A stretch of DNA of 64,000 bases from Tubiluchus corallicola (lineage: Eukaryota > Animalia > Priapulida), in the NCBI GenBank assembly GCA_030141605.1, contig JAQGDQ010000091.1, positions 310,001 to 374,000 of the forward strand. The letters run 5' to 3'. The notes under the pieces were generated by a model, which saw only the letters and a program-made list of their open reading frames with translations, was not told the DNA's origin and made no database searches. Of the stretch, positions 1 through 11,843 are shown in pieces; the stretch's first letter is position 1; every line of letters begins with the position of its first letter. Made by a program: the position numbers and the translations under genes.

Positions 1-3000
1 AATCTCCTAATAAAGAAATAACAAGTACACGATATTACAATTAAGATCAATTGTGTAATGTTATTTCCTGTGCAATTTAATCCTGTCGATCGGTGATAGT
101 TTAAATTATTAGCAAATTAAAAAATTGTCTTTAGATTTTTTCCGTTTTTCCGTTTTCTTTTTTCCTTTCCGCCTGAAGTTCAAGATAGCAAATTATGGCG
201 TGCTGAAATCATTGGAATATCTCGTTTTTCATTTTTTAATTGCAGAATTTTTATGAGTAGTACATTGAACTGAAAAAAAACATGTAAATATCTAATGGAG
301 CGATGAAGCGTGATTATGACATTATTAAAAAAACATTAAGCATTCCTACGGAGCTCCATGATCAACCTAGAATAATAAACTAAACTCATCGTAGATTCCC
401 TTTGTGCTTGCTATTATAGTAGTATACATCCAAATATTGGATTTCAAGTTAGCTTACTAAGTCACTAGTAGCAGAAAACAGTAGCACAGAGTCTATATAG
501 CGAAAAAATACGAGTTGCCATAAATTGCCTTGGTTTTTTATGTAGAAATTGTTTGGTGAAACATTTTTGTATATTTCGAAATAAGGCTGCCTATTATTTG
601 AGATTGTATTGTACCTCCCTTTATTGGCTTTATTTTGTCAGGATGTGAAATATAATACTAAAAACGGGCAGGCCGGATTTTGTAATATCCTACAGCTATG
701 CCTTCCTTCCTCGCAAATATACCTAGATGGATCGGCCGTCAGAAGCTTGTAATTGCAGAGTAAAATTGTTCCATTAATTATGCATTGTTTATTTAAGCTA
801 GCCATATACACGTACTCACAATCGACCGGTTATAGTAAACTGACCATTGGCCAAATAAAGACCGATTGGCTAAACACGAGATGTTATAGGAATGGGCTTC
901 ACTGGGATTTGGCTTCTGTGGAAGTTTCTGCCTGCCTAGCTATATGACGATGTCGCTTGATGAACTACTGTTCCTGCGGCTTGGGGCACTCATTGGTTCC
1001 TTATTTGATATAATATTTCTTTTTGGTCAGTTGCGATAAAAATATGACTTAACATTAAATTTGCATACTGCCTTATTACCTGCCTTGGGCATTGCGTTCC
1101 ATTTTCTGTGTATATTGAGTATAATGTATCGCCAAATATGTGGTCACTTGTCTATGAAATGCATGTCTGTTATGATGATTTCCACGATATGAATTGATAA
1201 TTCTGGCTGTTGTTTGGTAACTATTTCTTTTAGGTTTTACTAGCGTTAATTAGTTATTGCAAGAATTTAGTCTTTCGCTTACTAAATTGTAAAAGGTATA
1301 GCGAGCTTCTTAAGCGCTTTTCATACATGTCATATAATGTAATGTTTATTGAGACCGCAAGCTAATACAGAGGCTAATGCATTTTTTTTAATTAGTGACT
1401 GATGTACTATTCTTCGATTATATGTAATCTAATTTGAGTTATTTTTCGGGCTTTGGTAAAGCTAGCAATTACCTTTCTGAATCCTAATAAAGACTGCGGC
1501 AGTTATATTCGGTTTGAACTCAATCAACGTTTATGTCAACATTCAGGTAGTAACGGTTTGCCATAATTTCTCGAATTATAATTTCGAGTTTTAATGGGCT
1601 TATTCTCGTGTTGAATAACTGGAGTTATTGTGAAAACGAGTAAGTATTCTCCTGTCTGATGCACGTGCGTTCTCTGCAAAATTTTGAACATTTCAAGGCG
1701 AGTTATTACAGCACGATTACGTTGGGCTTCACTACGCTCTCAGGATTCAATGTCATCAATCAATCAGGCAAGCGGGCAGTAATAGGAAGCTAACAGCCGA
1801 TTGAGACGTGCCACAGACCCTAACTCAATTTGTTAACACCAGCTTAAGAGATTTGCCCATTCCATTACGAAAGCCGTTGCCGTAATGGCCGTTTTGGTAG
1901 TGCGTTCGGGTATGGCAGTTTAATTTAATTAAGGAGCTCGAGAAGAGGTTGTTTCTCGTTAAGTTCTTTGTAGTCTCGTTTACTGCGTTGCAAATTGTAG
2001 AGGTTGAAAGCGGGAATGCGAAAAGCAGTGCAGTCTCATGCAGTCTCTAAGGTAAGCCTATATGACACATGACAGTAAAATGATTTTGCCCTAATTGTTG
2101 GGCATATACATACATACATGTCATATAAGATACTTTAAGTGTTATCCTGGACAGTATGTCCTAACGAAATTATTAATTATTGTTAGTCAAACGTAGCTAG
2201 TGTAAAGGCGTGCCAGGAAATCATGGCTTTCCGCAATACAGAGAAACAAAAGGAACAGGTGAAAACTGGCAAAACTATGAGAAGGAACATCTATTTTTTT
2301 CCAACACTTATCTTAATATCTAGTTCTGCCCTTAATTTCTTTGCGGTTCTGGGGGTTATAAACGGACTGGAATATGACTTACGTTGGTTTGGTGTCACAT
2401 ATATAATATATATAATTTAAATGTACAAAATTGGCTTGCGTAATAAGGTGACCACTCAACATTGTATGAGTAAACCTTTAGTATTTTGGCGCTGGTTGTT
2501 AAAATGTTTTTGAAGAGCTATTCCTTTTGTTATTCTGTGTGCTTGTTTGTAGGTTCGTAACAGCAATCGTGACTTCTTTTTTACAGTCTTTTGACCCGCG
2601 CGATTTGTATACTGCGCCCCATAATACTGAACTATTGAACCCTAAATGTGCCGGAATTTCATTTAGCAAGTGACTTCAGAAAGAGGATAATGTCACTGCG
2701 AAAATATTTACACTGTATTTCCATCATGCATTATTGCTGCTTCTGTATGGCTTCATTTGGGAAATCAACGTTTTTTCTATTCATATTATACTGGTGTATT
2801 TGAATAATGATCGATTATGGTACATTAGCTATTTACTTCAGCAGGAAGTGCAGTTGAAATGGTTTCCATTTAGACCATGGTTTAGTCAATTTTGGTATAG
2901 AGGATTATGTCGAGCACTCAGTCATATTAAAATTTTCGTAATGTTCTTAACTTTACATTTGTTAAATGGCTTTGGGGATAACAATGGGAGTATGCTTCTT

Positions 3001-4052
3001 CAAGAATATTGTATCTATAGAGCAGTATTCTTAACCAGTGGACCACGCATAGGCAATTGTCTAGCACTTGACTAGCACTATTAAAGCAGTCTGATGAAAA
3101 AATCTTTGTTGATTTGCGTTTTTTGTAAATTGGGAGAAGGTTCAAAGAGCGGAAAATGATATAGAAATTTTTTCTAATGAAGGCTTCATTATTTAGTAGA
3201 ATTCAACACGGATATTTGCCTAAAGCCAAGTGTGGCCGTAGACTGGGGTGTCTGCGACACTTTCTTCTGAAAGCTAAGTGGGTCGTGAAACAAAAAAGGT
3301 TGACCTGGTGTGTATCAAAGGATCACCAGTCAAAGGACTGCCTATCGTTGTACCGTCACGGACAAACACCACTGGTCAAATATTCACCTGAAAAGCCAAA
3401 GGTCCTTTGCCTGCCCGCCGTTTTGTCCTCTGTCTGCGCGTCGCATTCCCTATTCAGTGGTATTTGCCAAATGAATGCACATGCAGAAGTTTTTCTCTTG
3501 CATTTTAACACTTTATTCCCATCGGTGTCATTTTGCATGTCGTTAAAATCTGCATTTTCTTCATCTTGTACGAATACGCACATTATGGCAGGAGAATAGC
3601 TCTAAATCATTACTTGCCTCACTGCTTAACGATCCCTGTTTTAAGCTTTAGGATGTGTTGATGAACCTACTGTAATGTTTTTAGTTTTGGTCCAAGTACA
3701 GATATGAATTTTATGATAATGACACGGTTCCATAGACAATAATATGCTCGTAAGAATGTTTTGCAACTCGGTTTCGGGTACATAAACTTACTTAGTAGGA
3801 GGTAGAAATGGATGATTGTGTCGTGGGTCACCGTTATGTGGGTTCACATCGGCAAAAGTACGATATGCTGATCTTCCATTTTAAGTTTTATTCAGCTGTC
3901 ATTTTTGCAAATGTTTCTATAAGGTTGGGCTCTTTCTCGGATACAAATTTTGGTTGGTATAACATGTAGATCTAGATCTGTGAGTTAAGTTTTTTATCCG
4001 CATCCGGTTTTATGCTGAAGAAAATTGTATTCGTACGTGCTTCACTATGGGC

Positions 4053-5340
4053 TTTTTTATTATTATTATTTAATTTTCACATCAGTACAACATTACAGAA
4101 CAATGTACAAAAAATAAAGTAACCAAAATAATTAGCATCAAATCAGAAAAAAAAACGTAGGTCGTACATACTGCACTGCAGAACTCTGAAGAAGCTGAGA
4201 GCTTGTAAAAGCTTTCTGGAAATGTGAATAAACGTTGAGGAAAAATTGTGTGAAGAATTTAGATCGATGGGGGGTGGGGTGTATTGCGAAAAAAACTATA
4301 TTCTTAACTGATATTAAATGATAAAGATATAGAGAAAGATAGACATAAACTACAATTAATGTTTGCAAATTTGACAATTGAAAAAGATATACGTTATGTA
4401 CATATAATATATATATTTACAAAATAAACAAACCATAAGACATAGACAAAGATAGACAAATTACAATTAATGTTTGTAAATTTTTCAGTTGACAAAGATA
4501 TTCGTTATGTACATATAATTATATTAACAAAATAAGCAAAAAAACACATAAAAAGCACAGGTAGTCAATAATTGCTGAATAAATGATTTTTCATTACTTT
4601 CTTAAACTTATAAATTGAGTGAACTTGTTTTACAGCTACGGGGAGGGAATTCCAGATTTTAGGTGTAGTCATGCTTATAAAGTTTTTCATGGCATTGGTT
4701 CTACATGGCGGAATAATGTATTCGTTAAATCTGGTGTTATGGACTTTGGGGTTTAAACTCACTGGATTTGCAAAAAAATTAGGGAGCAGTTTGTTATGGG
4801 TTTTATATATTTAAATACAAACATCGTAAGACACGAGATCGTCAACGACAGTGTATCCGACAGTCTTTAGTACTAACAGGATGGCGGTCTGGTAAACAAT
4901 AATGGATTCTTAGGAATTTTCTTTGTAGTGTACTGAGTTGTTTTAAGTTGGTTACGTATGTTTTACCTCAGAGAACATTACAGTCGCTAAGATAAGGTGA
5001 AATCAGCGTGTTGTACAAGGTTAAAAAGCTAGACTTGGTGAGACTACGTCGTAAATATGAGATTATTGCATCATTTTTTGCAACCTTATTACTGATGTTA
5101 CATTTTCGTGTAGTACTACGTCCAGGAATTTAGGTTGATGTATTCGTTCTATTGGACAGTCGTCTATTTTTAAGTTAAGCGTTGGCACAGTTTTGTTGTT
5201 AGAGTGAAAGATAATGTGCACTTTGTTGTATCAGGGTTTGATGATAACTTATTAGCTTTGAACCAGTCCGACTTTTCGATTCAATCACTGGAAGTGACTA
5301 AGTTTAATGTTGGCATTACCAGCAACTGCAGTAAGATATT
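4053..5340 (-). mobile_element. Degenerate 5'-truncated CR1/L2-type LINE (3' end of RT ORF2, 3'UTR and A/TAA-rich tail)
   Basis: Minus-strand peptides SDWFKANKLS-N, KFLDVVL-EN, YNTLISPYLSDCNVL*G and HNTR...PKIWNSLP-AVKQ-HSIYKFKK-MK-HL, with frameshifts. The tail reads (AAT)n/A on the minus strand near 4053-4075. Confidence 0.8.
4321..4550. repeat. Tandem duplication of about 115 bp inside the LINE 3'UTR
   Basis: AAAGATAGACA..TACAATTAATGTTTG..AAAGATAT-CGTTATGTACATATAAT..ACAAAATAA occurs twice. Confidence 0.85.
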
Positions 5341-7094
5341 CACTGATGTTTTTGAATCATATAATTCTCAGTTGATGATTGTTTATTTTATGTTGAATTT
5401 GTGTTAGATTTTAGCCTTGAATGCGAATTTCCTTTAATCCGCTTATTTGTCCGACAGATGTTTTTGATTGACAATTTTATCTATAGCATGTTCTGGCTAT
5501 TTAAACATTAGGTAAGCTTCAGTTTGCGAAATTTTCGCTCCTTTAAGTCACGAAGGCGAATATTAAATCGATAATGTCTTCTGCGTTTCATGGTGAATTT
5601 TAATATCCTTCAGAACTTTACTATAACTGTGATCCAACAGCAGCAAAGGTGGCAAACTTATAGCCCTGCATGTGCAGTTTATCCTTGTAATAAGTGTTGA
5701 AAGTCTATTATGAGCAAGCTAGAAATCAATACACTCTATGATTAATCGTTTGTTAAGATTTTATGATTAATTAAAATAATTGTAATCATAAACTACTAAA
5801 AATGAGCAGTTTCCGTTGTTTATTGTCTAGTCAAAAATATGCGTCAAATCCGGTCTGAGATAATTTATGGTTAGCAATTACCATTTTTGTGTGGCTTATA
5901 TAATTTTTATCCTGGTACTACAGCACCGTTACTGTTGTTGTTACCGCTGCAGCTGTTGTTGTTGTCAACTAAAGTTGAAGTAATTTTAGAATTTCGCACC
6001 ACCTGTTAATTTGGTTTATTCGAAACTGGCGTGAGTTTTGTAAAAATGCAGTCATGCGTGTACGTTAATGGTGTCTGTGGTTCTTGAGCATTGTATTGTG
6101 TACGGTATATCAGCTTTATCGGAAAGGGCCGTAATATAATACATGTAAAAGCCTACTTATATTAGTAGAACTTTCATTTAACACAATTCACTATTGGTTG
6201 CAGAATTACTAAGATATGCCTGACTTGTTTTGTTGAGTTCATTTAATTAATTATTTTGAGCTTTTGACGAATTACCGGCCTTTTCTTTGCGGCGTCATTG
6301 CGAAACGTACAGCTATACTTACTTCACTGTACGTAATATATGGGCACATAGTGAAAAAAGCAAAAAAAGCAGGGGTTCGATCTTATCAACGTCTAAAAGA
6401 AATGCAGACAGAACAGGATTGATTTTGCCAGATCTTGTCAGAATTGCTTTTTCACAAGTGAACGCAGTTAATCTTCTGATGGAACCTGATGAATGCTGCG
6501 ATAGTGCTGCCCCTCGTCTTCTATTCATATAAAACGGATTGACGTATTTAAAGCGAAATTAATAAGCATCAATTTGCTTAATTGAGGCACTGATGAGCCT
6601 GCCTGGGGATTATACTAATCTACTCATCTTTGAGACGTCAAGACGTGTACGTGTCTTTATAAAACTGCGTACATTACTTTTCCCATCATTTGAATTCCCG
6701 CTACTCCGAGCGACTGGCAGCATAGTCTGGCTTGAATGTATGTAGACATTTTTCCTTAATAATATAAGTAATCCACGCATGTGAAAAATTATTTTTTTTC
6801 AAGAAAGCATCCTGTTAAAGTCATGTTTAAGAAATTGCTGTATTGTATTATATTGGAGTTTCTTTTCAAGTTCTGAAAAAAGTCATTGTATTAATGCGTA
6901 TATTAATTTTCCAGGTATTTCCTTACATTTATATTTGTGTGTCTGCATTTATTTATATAATACGGATTTTCTCTCCAACTACTGAACAGTTTTTTACAAA
7001 TTAGTGTCACATTCCATAAATGCACAGTATAATCAATAAACTAAAAAAAGCTTGGAAAGTGGGACATCTCTAAATAAAGAATAGTATATAAAGC

Positions 7095-7400
7095 CCACTT
7101 ATTCCAGTTTCTTGTAATAGCATCCTGCCTTCCACCATGCAGGATTTCCTGGATAATTTGAATTGCTTGTAGATTCGTGCGTAACGGGGCTTTCCTTTGT
7201 GTAATGTTAGATGCTTCATCTCTCCAGCACGCAAAAGAAGCCATTTTCTGCTTACCTGGTTCTCATAATGACATGGATGGCTCGTACCTTTCTTTGTCGG
7301 CATCTCCTGCACCTTGTAATTCTGCAGCGGAAGTCGGGAGAGCGTGATAATCAGCATGAATGAATGGATTCGTGGTAACTGAGCTGTTATCTTTTCCATT
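7095..7400 (-). mobile_element. Highly decayed RTE-like LINE 3' fragment
   Basis: Minus-strand pieces YEPSMSL*..KQKMASF and LS-/ILHGGRQ..RNW resemble the RTE C-terminus EPLL-TVKRRKLAWFGHV...LSKTILQG-VEG-RRRGRQ-K-W. Confidence 0.4.
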
Positions 7401-8865
7401 TCCTGAAGTGTATCTACCTCGGTTTAGCTTACCACGCCAAGCTCTATTTTGACTAACTAGTGCAATGACTTTGTGGCCATAAAGGTGGTGACCTATGTCA
7501 CCTTGATCAACAATTGGCGACTCAATATTCTGATGGTCTACATTTGCATTGATTTAACTTTAATGTATGTTACTGTAAAATGAAGTAAATTAATTTGTCA
7601 AAAATGTTTTATTTTGTATAAGGAGCTTAGCATATTTTTTATGGTAGAGCAACAAAAAACAGTAAGATTGAATTGAAAAACGAAATTTGGTACCCCTGGC
7701 TTTTTCACAAAAATTTCCCAAACTAGAAATTCGATTGGCTCTTATATATCTGTGTCATCTTTGTATTGAAACTTGGCTGTATTTACTTCTGTATTGGAAC
7801 TGCACTGACGGTACCCACTGTAATCCATCTCAAATGATAGCTCAGATGACCTTTCATGTAATAATGTCAGTGATGTTTCAATATTATCATTTTCGTGTTG
7901 TGAGTACTTGTGTACGCTTCATGCTTTTAGTGAAAATTAATTTGTAGAAGACATAAAGAGAATCTAGACGAGCTGCATATTCTAGATGACAGAAACTGCC
8001 TGCTTCTCACGTTCAGTCGTTCACAACTATTATTAACATGTCATCAACATGTATCTAGTTCTTTTGTCTGGCTCGCGAGCAGTTTCTATTGTAGCAGTAC
8101 GCCTAGTTTCAACAAAAACTAATTTCAACTAAAAAAAGAGGGAACCCATCACTCATGTGAGTCATCTAAGTACATTGCTAATCATATTTGGAAATCGTTG
8201 TGGTGTAAAATTTGTCAAACACGCCGAGTGAGAGAGTATCTGTGCTCTCCTGTCCTCCGGGGGTTGCCCAATCGAAATTTTATTGGCGTTTTTGCATGCG
8301 GAATTCATTGATTAGCAGGAGGAGGACAATGGAATAAAATTAGGAGGGACATTATGTACAGCTGCGCGTGTTCTGCGCTCCGCCAATGTGTATCACGGTG
8401 AACAAACGGGGGGAAAATTATACAGCTTGTGAAGCCAGTATATAAATGGAGATGTTATTGGTGAATTGGCAAGTAAGTCAACGCATGATGGCCGTTGGAT
8501 TGCCTATTTGAGTGCCGTGTTTTTGGTTAACGAGCCATTGTGCTCATTATAGACTGCATATTAGAAGCAGAGATCCAAATACATTGCGGAATGTGTAAGT
8601 TTAAATGGCCAATACGAGCATATTGTATATGCCTTCTTCTTTTTATACATATGTAAAAGTTTGATTTTGTTATTGACAAATTAGGGTAATACGCAACTAC
8701 CGTTCACTTTGTGCTGAGGTAGTTTCTTTGCTGTTGCTGTACAGCACCATCTATTGATCACTGTGATATTTATTTAGGAAAAAAAACAAAATTTCTGCTA
8801 CTCTTTATAAGTTTGGAAACTTATTTTTCAGAGTAAAAACCAACATTTAGATTTTAGAACAATTA

Positions 8866-9150
8866 GTTTAAAAGTTACTCATTCGCTGTTTGTGGTAAAT
8901 TCCTTAATTAAGCTTTTACAATTTGAATATCTATAGCAATTTGAATTTACAAGCTGCACTAACTTGGGGTAACGGGGATAACTATAGCAGTGGTAACTGG
9001 AGTTTTACAACTTGTTTAAAAATTACTCATTTCACTCTTTGTAAGGTCTATCTTAATTAGCCTCTGGAAAACTATATAGAGTAATTTGTGGCAACTGTAA
9101 CTGCTGTATCCGTGTGCTTAAGTATGATTATGATTTACTCATTTTTCCAC
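8866..9150. repeat. Diverged tandem repeat with a unit of about 150 bp
   Basis: GTTTAAAA-TTACTCATT...TTTGT...CTTAATTA at about 8866 and 9014, plus a partial TTACTCATTT at about 9135. Confidence 0.55.
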
Positions 9151-9544
9151 TTTAGCAGGTAGGCAGAAAATGCACATGTAATAGTTTCCTTCCGTCCCCT
9201 GATAATGAAGACATGGAAAACATCAAGTACGCTGACTGTAAGAAAATGGATGAAAACTAGCACACTTTTTGTTATTGTGCCTTCTGACTGCAGAAAAACG
9301 GAAGGAAGCTGTTATGTTGATCAGCGCTGAGGAGATTGTCTAAAAGACATGCGCACTTAATCTTGTAAGGTGGCAGAATCGCGTGACCTAGAAACGAACT
9401 CAAGTAATTATTCTGACGTGGAGTGAAATAATGATAAATTTTAGTTTTGCGTTGAGTGGAAATTTGATGATTTTGAGAGAAAAATTAATGATAATTGTTT
9501 AATTATTTTAGTTAACTATTTTCGATGCTCAATTTTTACTGAAT

Positions 9545-9785
9545 TGTTGTCATCATTATTGTTATCGTGCTTCATCATTGTCATCTATATTACTATCATC
9601 ACTTTCATCGTCTTCATCATTATCGTCGTCGTCGTCGTCGTCGTCGTCGTCATCATCATCATCATCATCCATCATCTCCTTCTTTATAAATCACTATTCG
9701 GCACTATTATCGCCAGCATTATCCGTAGCATTTGCTTTGACTCCTGCCGTCATCACCATCATTGTCGTTATCGTCACTATCCTAA
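9545..9785. repeat. Imperfect (GTC)n/(ATC)n trinucleotide microsatellite
   Basis: Pure (GTC)n then (ATC)n core at about 9622-9669 with degenerate flanks. Confidence 0.95.
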
Positions 9786-10869
9786 TCCACCGGTTACGTT
9801 CCTGCATCCTCTACGTACAGTAGTGAATAATGCATATTCACTGTAGCTGCTGTGCGCAAGAATCCATCTTTGCCTGCTAAATATATAAATAGCATCTAAC
9901 CAATGCAAATTATTGAATTCAGCTTTGCAAACATTAATAATTCTGCAGCTTGGCATAAGAATGAATGCGAGGGGCTCACGTACGACATGCAATAACCATT
10001 GATACATTTAGTGCATTCACGAGGCGGCTATTGTTGCCACTCGGTGGATACAGGGGGTAATGAACTAATGGTGTTTGATTTTCCACTCACTTTTGTCAGG
10101 TGCGTCTATTTCCAATTAGTTTATTGGTCAAGACTGAACAAGCCTGATAAATAACACAACAGCTAATCTTTCTGGTTCTTTTCAGTGCGCATTTATGATA
10201 TTGTCAGTGTAAAAGTATGATCAAGCAGAGATGAAAATCACGGTTTAGTGAGTTTACTCATATATATCGATAATTTGTAGTTTTATGTAAATGTACTCTG
10301 ATGGAGTACCAATTGTGGACAAACTCCACCCTACTGATTCCAAAATGATAATATCCATTGACAATATGCGATTTACAATTATTCACGCATGCTAATTACA
10401 GACTAGAAAATATTTGACTGTTTCAGCGTGAATATTTTCTAGCTTATGCTATGCAATAAATAAATTAAAAAAGTTAAATAAAAGTGTAAAGTTAGGCTGA
10501 TTAAAGTGAGCAAGCGCTAAAGCACAAGAAAACCCTCAACTTACATAAAACTTGAAAAATTCGTCTTGAAATTTTATACCATATAGGCATATACTTACTG
10601 CCTTTTTGCATATTAGACTTGCGTCAGCAAGAACGCTGTATAAAACATGTAAATTTAAACATGACGATAAGTCATTTGAAACAAGTTTAGTTAACATTCT
10701 GTTCTGAAAAAATAATCAGGGCATTCGTAGCGCATCCATCACTAACTAAGTAAAAATTTAAAATTACTGTATCTTATCAATACGATTAAAAATACGTTTT
10801 TGGTTAGTGAGTGGTGCACCATGGAGGGTGAGCCTGCGACATTTTACCAATTGGTGAGAGCATTTTAAG

Positions 10870-10929
10870 TAATTAGTAATTTTCTTTTCTAGTTACAACA
10901 AATAATTAGTAATTTTCTTTTCTAGTTAC
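10870..10929. repeat. Near-tandem duplication of TAATTAGTAATTTTCTTTTCTAGTTAC
   Basis: Two exact copies separated by AACAAA. Confidence 0.9.
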
Positions 10930-11799
10930 CTAAGTCTTTCAAGCAGGTAAGCGAAATGCTAAGTAACATACTTTTGCATGGAAAGTTTTTTGGGACATAA
11001 TTGAACGTTTCCTTTTCTTCCCCTGATTTGCGTTTGCGTAAGTGACGTCACGTAATGGCGCCGTCGGAAGTTTAAAATGAAAAGTCATAAATTATACCTG
11101 ACAACTAGATAGTTTTTTATGGTCGTTTTTTATGCATTTAAACCATTTAAACATGTTACTCTTTGGGATAAGTGCAGTTTCTTGTCTGAAAAAGAAAGGT
11201 TTTGTCAAAAAATATGAGTTTTCGCTATTGATAATGTTTTTCGGCAAAAAGAAAAGTTGTTCCCAAAATGTGTACAAAACTGGCTTCCCTGTCTTCGCAG
11301 GGTAAATTTCTGGCAATACCCCTGTTGGTATTCTGCGGTTGATTTTAACGTGAGCGACTAGCGTTCGTTAGGTAGCCATATGGCTTTATATGGCTCGCTG
11401 ATTAATTTTATTAGGAACAGCTCACAACCAAATTATGTAGCTTTACATGTAATTCCGCAGTGAGGCTATTCAAATGTCAGGTTGTCCAGGCACTTTCCTA
11501 CAACAGACTGAATTGCTCAGTTCAGTATTAGATAAGTATAGAGGATGTTTTCATGCAATTTTCAGATTTTGTTACAGTTAGCCATAATAATTGCGTACGT
11601 TTTATAGATTATTATTAAGTTCATTATTTTTCCGAGAATCCTCCTTATTCCTTTTTAATGAGCAGTTTTGAGGTATTTGGGGGAATAAAGTGTTTGTGAT
11701 TACTTGGACAGGCTGAAAAAATGTCCAATTAACGGTTCTTCAATATTCCCCTGATTAGGAATTTGTTGACATTTCTCAACGAATCCATGGTTAACAAGG

Positions 11800-11843
11800 C
11801 TAATCTTTCTTTCCTTGCTAAACTAATCTTTCTTTCCTTGCTA
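11800..11843. repeat. Tandem duplication of CTAATCTTTCTTTCCTTGCTA
   Basis: Two copies separated by 2 nt. Confidence 0.9.

Noticed and set aside
3177-3599. 140-aa ORF
   Set aside because: No homology recognised; composition typical of random non-coding ORFs.
9544-9846. ORFs with poly-Ser, poly-Val and poly-Ile
   Set aside because: Translations of a (GTC/ATC)n microsatellite; no splice or homology support.
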